This document shows positions 21,879 through 31,475 of a stretch of 64,000 bases of DNA, piece after piece. The notes under the pieces are model-generated. The model was given only the letters and a program-made list of their open reading frames with translations, ran no database searches and had not been told where the DNA came from. A program made the translations under genes and the position numbers. Numbering within the stretch: position 1 is the first letter of the stretch; each line of letters begins with the position of its first letter. The stretch spans positions 62,001 to 126,000 of IMG/VR virus record IMGVR_UViG_3300020477_001008; one strand, written 5' to 3'.

Positions 21879-21909
21879 TACAATTACTAATTGTTTGAGA
21901 TAGTAATTT

Positions 21910-22914
21910 ATGTTTAAAAAAGCGGCCTGTTTTACGGATATTCACTTTGGCTTAAAGAATAATAGTCGTCAGCATAATAACGACTGTGAAAACTTTACCA
22001 AATGGTTTATAGAAGAAGCGAAAAAGTTTGGAGCAGAAACTTGCATCTTCTTAGGAGATTGGCATCACCACAGATCCTCAATCAACATTAGTACACTCAA
22101 TTATTCTATCTCAAATCTCAAACGTCTGAGTGATAATTTTGAGCAAGTATATTTTATCGTAGGAAATCACGATTTATTTTATCGTGATAAACGTGAAATA
22201 TCTTCTGTGGTGTTTGCCAATGAAATTCCAAAAATAAAAGTAGTAAACGAAATCCTAGTAAAGGATGATGTTGCTATTGTACCTTGGTTAATTGGAAACG
22301 AATGGAAAAAGATACAAAAAATAAAAGCCAAGTATATGTTTGGACACTTTGAATTGCCAAACTTTAAAATGAATGCAATGGTAGAGATGCCTGATCACGG
22401 AGAAATACAAGCCAGTCACTTTGGCAATATTGAAAAAGTGTTCACTGGACATTTTCATAAAAGACAGCATCAAGGAAACATAAGCTACATTGGAAATCCA
22501 TTTGCACACAATTATTCAGATGCGTGGGACAATGATAGAGGTTGTATGTTTTTGGAATGGGATAAAGAACCACAATATAAAATATGGGCAGATGGACCCA
22601 AGTATAGAATTTTACCATTAAGCAAATTGCTAGAAGCACCAGATGATTATTTAGAAGCTGAATGTAATGTAAGAGTTAAAATTGATATGGACATTAGCTA
22701 CGAAGAAGCTAACTTTATTAAAGAAAACTTTCAGAACACATATCAGTTAAGAGAAATAAGTTTATTGCCTTATAAAGAAATAGAAGAAGAAATGGAGTTC
22801 CAAGGAGAAATATCATTTAAATCAGTTGATGAAATTGTGTTGGATCAATTAGCTAAAGTTGAAAGTGATACTTTTGACAATAGTGTTTTAATAGAGATTT
22901 ATAATAGATTATGA
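21910..22914 (+). CDS. Recombination endonuclease, gp47 (Mre11/SbcD-like)
   Basis: DIHFG, GDWHH, GNHD, GHFH metallophosphoesterase motifs. Confidence 0.9.
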   Translation: MFKKAACFTDIHFGLKNNSRQHNNDCENFTKWFIEEAKKFGAETCIFLGDWHHHRSSINISTLNYSISNLKRLSDNFEQVYFIVGNHDLFYRDKREISSVVFANEIPKIKVVNEILVKDDVAIVPWLIGNEWKKIQKIKAKYMFGHFELPNFKMNAMVEMPDHGEIQASHFGNIEKVFTGHFHKRQHQGNISYIGNPFAHNYSDAWDNDRGCMFLEWDKEPQYKIWADGPKYRILPLSKLLEAPDDYLEAECNVRVKIDMDISYEEANFIKENFQNTYQLREISLLPYKEIEEEMEFQGEISFKSVDEIVLDQLAKVESDTFDNSVLIEIYNRL

Positions 22915-24692
22915 TAAAGTTAAAAAGCTTAACAATTAAAAACTTTATGAGTGTGGGTGCCGCTACGCAGGTAGTAAAACTAGATCAACCTGGACTAACT
23001 CTAGTGTTAGGGAATAACTTAGATTTAGGTGGCGAAGGCTCACGAAATGGTACTGGTAAAACTACTATAATAAATGCATTAAGTTTTGTACTGTTTGGAG
23101 ATGCAATAACAAACATCAAACGTGATAATTTAATTAATAAAACCAATCAAAAAAATATGTTTGTGTCGTGTGAGTTTGAAGTAAACGGACACAGCTATAG
23201 AGTAGAACGTGGTCGTAAGCCAAATCACTTTAAGTTCATATGCGATGACCAAGTGGTTAACGAAAAGGATACCGACGAAGCACAAGGCGAAAACAGATTA
23301 ACACAAGACGAAATCAATCGTATATTTGGTATGAGCCACGGCTTGTTTAAACATCTAGTTGCACTTAACACTTATAATATGCCGTTCTTGGGTATGAAGC
23401 CCACAGAACAACGAGAGCTTATTGAAGAGCTATTGGGTATAACACAATTAAGTGATAAAGCAGATAGGCTAAAAGAACAAGTACGTTTAACTAAAGCGGA
23501 TATTACTAACGAAGAAGCTAGAATAGATGCTGTTAAGAAAAGCAACGAACGTATAGAAGAAACTATTAGAAAGTTTAAGATTAAAAGTACAGCTTGGCAA
23601 GAAGACAAAGAAAAACAAATAAAGCAGTTGGATCAAGCAATTACTGAATTAAAACAAACAGACATAGATAAAGAACTAGAACAGCACAAAGCACTAGCAC
23701 AATGGAAAGAGAAGTCACAAGAGCTTACTACACTTAACAAACAGCTAGATTATGATGTACGTGAAGAACAATCATTGGAAACGACCCTTGAGAATTTGAG
23801 GGAAGAGTTGAAGAGCCTTGAGGAGGAAGTATGCCCTACGTGTAAACAGAACTTGCACGACGTCAAGGACCACGAAAAAATCGCCGCAAATACAAAAAAT
23901 AATATAACGCATACAGAAGAAAAACACATACACATACAAAAAAATATGACACATACAAAAAATCGCATACACACACTCGGCGATATTGGACCTAAACCTG
24001 AAACATTTTATCAAGATATAGACAAAGCATATGGGCATAAACAGAATTTAAGTTCTTTACAACAAGATTATGATAGACTTAAAGCAGAAGAAAATCCGCA
24101 CACGGAACAAATTGAAACTTTACAGAGTAAAAATATTGAAGAATTAGATTATACTATGATGAATAATTTAACTAAACTTAAAGAACACCAAGAGTTTTTA
24201 TATAGACTATTAACAAGTAAAGATTCATTTATTAGAAAGAAAATTATAGATCAAAATTTAAACTACTTAAATTCAAGACTTAATGGATACCTTACAGATT
24301 TAGGTTTACCACACGAAGTTATTTTCCAGAGTGATTTAGGTGTAGAAATTACAGAGCTAGGAAGAGAGTTAGATTTTGATAATTTAAGTAGAGGTGAAAG
24401 AAACAGATTAATATTAGGATTAAGTTGGGCGTTTAGAGATATATACGAGTCTACTAACGCACCTATTAACTTATTGTTTATAGATGAATTAATAGATAGT
24501 GGTATGGATACTCAAGGTGTTGAGTCTTCAATGGCTATATTGAAAAAACTAACACGAGAAAGACAGAAAAATGTATTCTTAATTTCTCACAAAGATGAAT
24601 TAACTGGCAGAGTTAATTCTATAATGAATGTAGTAAAAGAGAATGGATTTACTTCGTTTGGCGAGGACTTTGAGGTTGTTTCTATACACTAA
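22911..24692 (+). CDS. Recombination ATPase, gp46 (Rad50/SbcC-like)
   Basis: Walker A NGTGKTT, coiled coil with CPTC zinc hook, LSRGE signature, LLFIDE, ISH. Confidence 0.92.
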   Translation: MIKLKSLTIKNFMSVGAATQVVKLDQPGLTLVLGNNLDLGGEGSRNGTGKTTIINALSFVLFGDAITNIKRDNLINKTNQKNMFVSCEFEVNGHSYRVERGRKPNHFKFICDDQVVNEKDTDEAQGENRLTQDEINRIFGMSHGLFKHLVALNTYNMPFLGMKPTEQRELIEELLGITQLSDKADRLKEQVRLTKADITNEEARIDAVKKSNERIEETIRKFKIKSTAWQEDKEKQIKQLDQAITELKQTDIDKELEQHKALAQWKEKSQELTTLNKQLDYDVREEQSLETTLENLREELKSLEEEVCPTCKQNLHDVKDHEKIAANTKNNITHTEEKHIHIQKNMTHTKNRIHTLGDIGPKPETFYQDIDKAYGHKQNLSSLQQDYDRLKAEENPHTEQIETLQSKNIEELDYTMMNNLTKLKEHQEFLYRLLTSKDSFIRKKIIDQNLNYLNSRLNGYLTDLGLPHEVIFQSDLGVEITELGRELDFDNLSRGERNRLILGLSWAFRDIYESTNAPINLLFIDELIDSGMDTQGVESSMAILKKLTRERQKNVFLISHKDELTGRVNSIMNVVKENGFTSFGEDFEVVSIH

Positions 24693-24696
24693 TCAC

Positions 24697-24773
24697 AGGC
24701 GATTAGCTCAGTTGGTTAGAGCATTCCGTTGATAACGGAAAGGTCGTAAGTTCGAGTCTTACATCGCCTACCA
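24697..24773 (+). tRNA. tRNA-Ile (anticodon GAT), CCA encoded
   Basis: Acceptor AGGCGAT/ATCGCCT, D-arm GCTC..GAGC, anticodon arm TTCCG-TTGATAA-CGGAA, T-arm GTAAG-TTCGAGT-CTTAC, 3' ACCA. Confidence 0.95.
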
Positions 24774-24811
24774 TCTCATAAATACTATAAAAATTGAGGA
24801 TAATATATAGT

Positions 24812-25624
24812 ATGTTAATTAGAAAAAAATATCAATTACCTACAATGTGGAAATTCAACAAGAAGTTTGACATTAAAAAACTTCAAGAAGAAGCTTTAAA
24901 ACTAGGTAACAGCTACGGTGACGTAATGGAAACTAACAAAGCATTATGTTCAAATAATCACGAATTAGTTATGAGTGTTTACAAACACTTTAAACAAATT
25001 AATTTAACTGAATTTGATCCTACTGCTCCTGCACCAACTGTTGAAAGTTGTGAAGCACTTGGTAAAACTGCTGGTACAGGTGATGAGTCAATTGGTAGAA
25101 TTGCAAAGTATAAATTGAAATCAAGACGTGGTGAATCTTTAGATCCAGCACTTAATGAACACAATTATAATACTCCAACAGAGCAATATAAAGGAACTTA
25201 CTTTCAAGAAGTTGTAAATTCATTTAATGCTGATGCTATTAGAGTTAGACTTGTTAGATTAGATCCAGGTAAAACACTTACACCACATATTGATTATGAT
25301 CCAACTTATGCAGTAAGAGTTATTGTTCCTATCTTTGCAGAGAAAGAAGCAACAAATTATTTTTGGCGTAAAGGTAAAGAAGAAGCATATCATTTAGAAC
25401 CAGATGGGTCAGCATACTTTTTAAATATTGGTTTCACTCATACTGTAGTTAATTCAGGTAGCACACCTAGAATTAGTTTAATGTTTAGTTTAAAAAATCA
25501 ATCAGACTTGCAAGAAATCCCAGATGCTGATTGGAATGAAAATAATAATATGGGTGAGCTACGTATTAATAATAATTATAAAACACAAAAGGCACTAGCA
25601 GATGCCCAACAATTGGCAGTTTAA
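24812..25624 (+). CDS. Aspartyl/asparaginyl beta-hydroxylase-like Fe(II)/2OG oxygenase
   Basis: RVRLVRLDPG...PHIDYD (HxD)...HTVVNSG.TPR. Confidence 0.75.
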   Translation: MLIRKKYQLPTMWKFNKKFDIKKLQEEALKLGNSYGDVMETNKALCSNNHELVMSVYKHFKQINLTEFDPTAPAPTVESCEALGKTAGTGDESIGRIAKYKLKSRRGESLDPALNEHNYNTPTEQYKGTYFQEVVNSFNADAIRVRLVRLDPGKTLTPHIDYDPTYAVRVIVPIFAEKEATNYFWRKGKEEAYHLEPDGSAYFLNIGFTHTVVNSGSTPRISLMFSLKNQSDLQEIPDADWNENNNMGELRINNNYKTQKALADAQQLAV

Positions 25625-25949
25625 AACTGAAATAAAAGAATCTGAAATACACGGCCACGGCAGGTTTGCTATGGAAGATATTCCTAAAGGGAAAACAGTT
25701 GTAACATTAGAAGGTCCTGCTTTACCAAAAGAACAAGCACCAAGAAAAATGCCAGTAAGTGATACACACAATATGAATTGCGAGGATACATTTGTTAATC
25801 ACAATGATGATGCCAACCTTACATTAGTAGATACTAAAATTACTATAACTGTTGAAAAAACATTTGTGTCTACAAAGAAGATTAAAAAAGGTGCTGAACT
25901 TACAATGAACTACGAAGAATTTGCAAGAGGCAAAAAGTTTTTATTCTAA
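25602..25949 (+). CDS. SET-domain protein (putative lysine methyltransferase)
   Basis: SEIHGHGRFA.EDIPKG, FVNH, IKKGAELTMNY SET motifs. Confidence 0.8.
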   Translation: MPNNWQFKTEIKESEIHGHGRFAMEDIPKGKTVVTLEGPALPKEQAPRKMPVSDTHNMNCEDTFVNHNDDANLTLVDTKITITVEKTFVSTKKIKKGAELTMNYEEFARGKKFLF

Positions 25950-26059
25950 TGAAAGATCCATTAAGCTATAAAATAAAAAAGTGGATAGAGTGGCTACTAA
26001 TTCAACAAGTTCCAGCAATACTAGTAATATTATTTCTAATTTACTGGCTTATATTTTAG
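25949..26059 (+). CDS. 36-aa membrane peptide (not in ORF track)
   Basis: ATG overlaps the SET stop (TAATG); MKDPLSYKIKKWIEWLLIQQVPAILVILFLIYWLIF*. Confidence 0.45.
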   Translation: MKDPLSYKIKKWIEWLLIQQVPAILVILFLIYWLIF

Positions 26060-26189
26060 TTTTACTTTCAATAAATTTTGCGTAATATTTCGTCAAAGGA
26101 TTATTTGGCTGATAACCAAATGGCTCTGACTGTGATTTTTTACGTTTTTTTGAAAGTTTTTTACGGGTTCTCTTTTTCTGACTCTGCAT
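26049..26189 (-). CDS. 46-aa very basic peptide (not in ORF track)
   Basis: MQSQKKRTRKKLSKKRKKSQSEPFGYQPNNPLTKYYAKFIESKTKI*; overlaps the end of the upstream oxygenase gene. Confidence 0.4.
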   Translation of the reverse strand: MQSQKKRTRKKLSKKRKKSQSEPFGYQPNNPLTKYYAKFIESKTKI

Positions 26190-26865
26190 CAAAATTATAT
26201 TTATCTTTCCAGCCCATATTTGCAAAAGGCCAGCCAGTAATTACAGCACGACATCCTGGTTTAGCATTTCTAACAGGGTTAACAAAGTGAGCAGATCCTA
26301 CTCTAAATAATACACAAGAGTTTCTTTTTGGTTTTATTGCTAAAGGTCCTGCAAGGTAAGGTTGTGTTTCTAGTTTTTCTTTAAACTGTTCCCAGTTTCC
26401 TCTTTCTTCTGGGTATGTATCAAAATGATCCATTAACATAATTTCATTAGGAAATACTAGTTCACCACCTTCTTCTGTAGTTAGATAATGTACAAAAACA
26501 AAGTCACCATAAATGTCTCTTCTTTCAGTATGTACGTTGTATATGCTTTGTGGGTTAAAAGTTTTTGTAGTAAATTGTAATACATTTTTAGGATTTATAT
26601 CTTGTATTAGTATTGGCTTATATACTTCTTCGAGAACTTCATTTAGTTTTGTAATGATTTGTACAACAAGTTTACTATTTTCGTGTATATTATATTTGAT
26701 ATGATTATAGTTGTAATAAGATTTACTTATTATATGTGGTTGTTCGTTACCATCTAATTCTTTTGTGTCTGAATTTTCTATATTTTTTAAAACGTCATCA
26801 ATTAATTCTTCTTCAACAAAATTTTCAGTATACCAGACTTCGTTTATGATTCTTTCTTCCCACAT
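26161..26865 (-). CDS. Fe(II)/2OG dioxygenase (prolyl-hydroxylase-like)
   Basis: HTE (HxE), YL..EEGGELVFP, KPKRNSCVLF...SAH.V..., R.VITGW. Confidence 0.75.
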   Translation of the reverse strand: MWEERIINEVWYTENFVEEELIDDVLKNIENSDTKELDGNEQPHIISKSYYNYNHIKYNIHENSKLVVQIITKLNEVLEEVYKPILIQDINPKNVLQFTTKTFNPQSIYNVHTERRDIYGDFVFVHYLTTEEGGELVFPNEIMLMDHFDTYPEERGNWEQFKEKLETQPYLAGPLAIKPKRNSCVLFRVGSAHFVNPVRNAKPGCRAVITGWPFANMGWKDKYNFDAESEKENP

Positions 26866-27462
26866 CTAAATATGTTCCTGTGTTCTTATATGAGCGAATG
26901 CTTCTACTAATACTTCAATGGCTTCATCTTCTGTATATCCTCTGCTTTGCAAATAAAACAAATGATCTTCATCTAATGCTCCTATTGTGCAACCGTGTGT
27001 ACAAATAACATCATCATTGTTAATATCTAATTCTGGTTTTGCAAAAGCATCTGATTCATTATCTAATAAAATGTTTTTGTTTAACATATGACTTTCGCAT
27101 TTTACTACATCTTTTGGTACAGTAATTTTTCCTTCAAAAGAACTTATACCTTTTTTATTAACAAATCTAAAATCTTGATTACATTTTGATTTACTGCCTT
27201 TATGTACAACATTAGTAATTAAATTAGTTTTCTTTTTTGTATTTTTAAAAAAACCATAAAGTTCACAAGAAGAATTTTCGCCTAGCTCAACATTAATTTT
27301 TGTATCGCTATCTGCTTTGCCTTTAGCTTCAAAAAATAAACAAGCTTTTGCGTTTGGTTTTATTTTAAAATTTAAATTATTGATATCAGTTATATTGATT
27401 TTTGTTTCTAATTCTTTATCAATAATATAATTATTTTCTATCATTATTAAACCCTTGCTCAT
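26866..27462 (-). CDS. sufD: Short SufD/SufB-family Fe-S assembly protein
   Basis: KPELDINNDDVICTHGCTIG.LDEDHLFYLQSRG..E.EA...LVEAF is the SufBD C-terminal signature. Confidence 0.8.
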   Translation of the reverse strand: MSKGLIMIENNYIIDKELETKINITDINNLNFKIKPNAKACLFFEAKGKADSDTKINVELGENSSCELYGFFKNTKKKTNLITNVVHKGSKSKCNQDFRFVNKKGISSFEGKITVPKDVVKCESHMLNKNILLDNESDAFAKPELDINNDDVICTHGCTIGALDEDHLFYLQSRGYTEDEAIEVLVEAFAHIRTQEHI

Positions 27463-28120
27463 CTATGGTATCAAGTAATGTTACATCACCAGTTCTGTTT
27501 ATTTTGCCATCTTGCAAAATATGTACATAAGTTGGGTTCAAGCTTCTTAATACAGATGAATTATGACTAATAACAATCCATCCAAACTTATCTTTGTTTT
27601 CAGTAATTAATTCTTTAACAATTTTTAATGCATCTACATCAAGTCCTGTATCGAGTTCATCAAGTATTACAAGTTTAGGATTAATATGTAACAGTTGTAA
27701 TATTTCGTTTTTCTTTTTCTCTCCACCTGATGCACCATCATTAAAATGTCTTTGAGCCCATCCGGATTGTAATTTTAATCTTTCAATGTCACTTAAATAT
27801 TTTTCATATTGTTTAGAAAATTGACTTACTAATTTATAATTTGTTATACCTGGTATACTAGGAGGAGATTGAAAGCTCATAAACAAACCAGAATTTGCTC
27901 TTTCAGTTACATCTAAATCAATTAATTCATTGTTGTTTAGTTTAATTGAACCAGTTGTTGCATATTGTTCTTTACCAACTATTGCATTTGCTAAACTTGA
28001 TTTGCCTGATCCATTAGGTCCTATTAAGGCGTGAAGTTCCCCTTGCTTAACATTTAAGTTAACGCCTTTAATGATTTCGTTATCATCTACTTTTACTTTT
28101 ATATCTTTTAATTCTAACAT
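27431..28120 (-). CDS. sufC: Fe-S assembly ABC ATPase SufC
   Basis: GELHALIGPNGSGKSSL, LFMSFQSP, SGGEKKKNEILQ, LDELDTGLDVDAL. Confidence 0.9.
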   Translation of the reverse strand: MLELKDIKVKVDDNEIIKGVNLNVKQGELHALIGPNGSGKSSLANAIVGKEQYATTGSIKLNNNELIDLDVTERANSGLFMSFQSPPSIPGITNYKLVSQFSKQYEKYLSDIERLKLQSGWAQRHFNDGASGGEKKKNEILQLLHINPKLVILDELDTGLDVDALKIVKELITENKDKFGWIVISHNSSVLRSLNPTYVHILQDGKINRTGDVTLLDTIDEQGFNNDRK

Positions 28121-28887
28121 TAATGACAATCTTCCGGCTTTGGTTCTTGATGTTTTTCAGCATCAAAGTAATAGTTAAAATTACAATGCTGATCTAACCC
28201 ATCTATAAGTTCTTTGGTAGCATAAGGCCAACCTGTTACTACTGGTCTTGCATTTTCTTTTACTTCTCCTTCAAGAGATGTAACGTAATGTGCTGATCCA
28301 ATAGCAAATATTACACATTTATTATATTTTGGTTTTATAGTAATATCGTTTAGATAACGCATTGGAAAACCTTTTGACTCAACTAGTTTTATATTTTCTT
28401 CCCAACGATTTTTTTGTTTTGGATATTTTTCTAAATGTTTTTCACAACCTTCTTTACTCGGAAATATTAAATGTCCACCTTTTTCATCTGAAAGGAAATG
28501 CATAAAAGCATAAGGTCCATATTTGTTAATTGGTTCTGTATGTAAATCATACCAACCTCTTTTGCTAAAGCTTTTTGTAAACAACTGTAACCCTTCTAAG
28601 TTTGTTTTAGGTACAGGTGTTTCTGTTAATGGCTGTAGCACTTCATTTATTCTATCCATATATAAATCAATTAATATTTTATTTTTATGTATATCTGTTC
28701 TATGTACAGTATAATTGTAAGTTGTAGCATTAACCCCAGAGTTTCTAAAGTTTGGTAGTATTGCTTCTCCTGGCTCTAGTTCAGTTGTTCCTGCTTGAAA
28801 CATTTCTCTTTTAATATGTTCAACAGTTTCTTCATTAAGAAAATCATCTATTTCCCAAATTTCGTTTTTAACTATTTCGTTCCACAT
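28120..28887 (-). CDS. Fe(II)/2OG dioxygenase, paralog of 26161-26865
   Basis: HTE, FLSDEKGGHLIFP, KPKYNKCVIF.IGSAH, RPVVTGWP. Confidence 0.75.
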   Translation of the reverse strand: MWNEIVKNEIWEIDDFLNEETVEHIKREMFQAGTTELEPGEAILPNFRNSGVNATTYNYTVHRTDIHKNKILIDLYMDRINEVLQPLTETPVPKTNLEGLQLFTKSFSKRGWYDLHTEPINKYGPYAFMHFLSDEKGGHLIFPSKEGCEKHLEKYPKQKNRWEENIKLVESKGFPMRYLNDITIKPKYNKCVIFAIGSAHYVTSLEGEVKENARPVVTGWPYATKELIDGLDQHCNFNYYFDAEKHQEPKPEDCH

Positions 28888-30683
28888 TATCTTTCGTGTC
28901 CTATTGCTATTACATTTGCATTTTTCATTCTTGCATCAGTACCATACATACTCATATCAAACTCTTTTTTCCATTCGTTAACGTCAGATTTAACAACATC
29001 TAAAGGATATATTGTGGACATCTCGTCAACTATACTTTCTTTATGATGCCAAATTTGATATATTTCATCAGAACGTAAACATCTACTAAAATAAAGATAT
29101 GTAGCCAAATCTTGTACTTCAGTTCTTTCTTCATCACAAAATATTTTTGTAATGATATCTCTATTTTTTCCAACCAACCATTTCATAAGTGGCATATTAT
29201 CTAAGTTATTATAAAACATTTTTATTTGATCTGCAACCGATGTACCACGTTCCACTAGGTATTTAATAGAATTTGATAGGGTTCTTGCATTATAAAAGTT
29301 ATGGTAAAACCACCAATAATCAAACATTTTCAATAATTCTGGTAAATCATATGATGAACATTGGTGCATAATTTCTATTTCTTCAAACTCATATGTACTT
29401 CTTTCATCTCTAAATTCTGGTTCGTTGTGTAATTTTTTATATCCAAGTCCACTAAAACTATAAGGAAATGCAAGTATTTTAGATTTAACTTTATATTCTT
29501 TTCTAAATTGTTTTGTGTATATTTCTGTATTTGGTACAAGATTTAAAAAATAAGAACGCATAAAATCAATACCAAGTTCATAATCTTTGTTTAAACTGTA
29601 TAACCAACTGTCTGCTGTTTCACCTGGTAATGCAATAATCATTTCACTTGTAACAGGCAATCCTTTTGATTTAAAACTGTCAATTAACGGCAATAACTTA
29701 TCATTATTAATGTTTGCTCTGTTAATAACTTTTAATGTTTGTTTGGCGTGTGTTTGAAAACTTACTTTTAGGTTACGTTGGTCTGCATCTAAATTGTTAT
29801 GTATAATATCTATAATTTCTGGCAACCACTTACTGCCATTCTTTGCAAGTCCTGAGTATGATATCTTAGGATTATTACCTGTTGCTTCTTTGTTTGCTTT
29901 CATCTTCTTTACAACATCTAAATCTCTAGGTAGCATACCAAAGTTAGCATCAAGTATTTCAAGCTCTGCTATGTTTGTGTGCTTGTATAAGAAGTCTAAT
30001 TGTGCATTAACAGGATCCATATCAAACTTTGTAACTTTAGATCTTGCTTGTCCACCCCAATCACAAAATGCACACTTAAAAGGACAACCACGATTAGTTT
30101 CAAAAGATGCTTTAACTCTTTTTTCTTTTGCAAGTATAGAATCAAATGTACCGTCTAAGTATGGTGTAGGCATTTCATAAGTTTCAATTTGATATAATTT
30201 ACGTCCTACTTCAACATTATTCCAACCAATACCAAATCCTCCATCGTGAGTTTGCATTGGTGCATCAATATTTTTTAAAAAATTGCTAACTAATTTTTCT
30301 CCTGGACCTACCCAAAATATATCTATGTAAGGATGTTCTTTTGCAAACTGTTCTGCAAGTTCTGGGTCTTCAGGTATATTAGGTCCACCATACATAGCAA
30401 TACCGTTTGGATTTACATCTTTGTAATGACTCATTAATTGATCGTTGTATGCTTGATTCCAAACATAACAAGTCAAACCAAATATATCAATGTTTTTAAA
30501 TTGTTCTGTGTATTCTTCTACAGGCTTAAATTTATATAATGGTTCGTTAAATGTGTAGTTTTCTTTTATTTGTGGAATTTTATTACAATAGCTTATGAGA
30601 CAAGCCGCGGCATATGGTAGCCACGTTTCGTGAATTACAGATATGGTTCCTAATTGTACTGTTTTCATAATGCTATTGTCCAA
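28887..30683 (-). CDS. B12-binding-domain radical SAM protein
   Basis: N-terminal GLTCYVWN...YGGP...GPGE cobalamin-binding-like fold; ETNRGCPFKCAFCDW; DANFG; LPGET. Confidence 0.85.
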   Translation of the reverse strand: MDNSIMKTVQLGTISVIHETWLPYAAACLISYCNKIPQIKENYTFNEPLYKFKPVEEYTEQFKNIDIFGLTCYVWNQAYNDQLMSHYKDVNPNGIAMYGGPNIPEDPELAEQFAKEHPYIDIFWVGPGEKLVSNFLKNIDAPMQTHDGGFGIGWNNVEVGRKLYQIETYEMPTPYLDGTFDSILAKEKRVKASFETNRGCPFKCAFCDWGGQARSKVTKFDMDPVNAQLDFLYKHTNIAELEILDANFGMLPRDLDVVKKMKANKEATGNNPKISYSGLAKNGSKWLPEIIDIIHNNLDADQRNLKVSFQTHAKQTLKVINRANINNDKLLPLIDSFKSKGLPVTSEMIIALPGETADSWLYSLNKDYELGIDFMRSYFLNLVPNTEIYTKQFRKEYKVKSKILAFPYSFSGLGYKKLHNEPEFRDERSTYEFEEIEIMHQCSSYDLPELLKMFDYWWFYHNFYNARTLSNSIKYLVERGTSVADQIKMFYNNLDNMPLMKWLVGKNRDIITKIFCDEERTEVQDLATYLYFSRCLRSDEIYQIWHHKESIVDEMSTIYPLDVVKSDVNEWKKEFDMSMYGTDARMKNANVIAIGHER

Positions 30684-30727
30684 ACCTAGATTGTTTTACA
30701 CGACAATTATAGTGTTATTTAGTTTGT

Positions 30728-31459
30728 CTATTGATATTTTTTTGCTTGTTTTAGTTTGCTTAAAACGTCACGCCAACTCACTCCGTGAGCAATATAAGGA
30801 TAACTTTGTTCTCTGTTGAAAGGTAGTATGCCGTATTTGACACGTTGAGTTCCTGGTGCCTGATGAATAATTTCGTTGTCGTTTATTTCAACTAGTTTTT
30901 TCATAACAGTATCACTAACTCCAAAATAAACTGTGTTTCTTGTACAAGCTGACAATGGTATATGTTTATCTATTGTTGGTACATCATTTAAAAGAACAAA
31001 AGGATGACCTTGATGTGTTAAAATTACAGGAATATTTTTTTTGAATTTATGAATATGTTCAGCCAGGTTGCCTGTATTGTGATCCCATATTAAATCCCAA
31101 TCTTCATCTATATGATCATCATAGTTTATTGGACCATTAACAAACGTATATTCTCCATTAAATTCAAAAAATTCTTTCAGCCAGTCTTGCTTTTCATTAA
31201 CTTGTTCTTCGGTAGTTCCAAATTCTAAAATATCATAATTTACTGCTTCAACGTCTGATGAATTACAACTTTGTATAGCATAAAAGAAATCACAATTAGT
31301 AAAACCTCCAGCTATTAAAATTTTTCTTGGCTTTAATAATTTAAAATAATGAAATAACAGTTCGTAATCAGATAATGAAGTTATTTTTGTGGCTGTGTCG
31401 TTCACAAATATCTTATGATAACGTATATTGGTTTCGTAGTTTTTAAATGGGTATTTCAT
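30728..31459 (-). CDS. Hypothetical protein, possible divergent class I SAM methyltransferase
   Basis: LKPRKILIAGG resembles motif I; VNYD; WDLIWD; probable start MKYPF 8 nt after TAAATA. Confidence 0.45.
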   Translation of the reverse strand: MKYPFKNYETNIRYHKIFVNDTATKITSLSDYELLFHYFKLLKPRKILIAGGFTNCDFFYAIQSCNSSDVEAVNYDILEFGTTEEQVNEKQDWLKEFFEFNGEYTFVNGPINYDDHIDEDWDLIWDHNTGNLAEHIHKFKKNIPVILTHQGHPFVLLNDVPTIDKHIPLSACTRNTVYFGVSDTVMKKLVEINDNEIIHQAPGTQRVKYGILPFNREQSYPYIAHGVSWRDVLSKLKQAKKYQ

Positions 31460-31475
31460 TATATACGTATTTATT

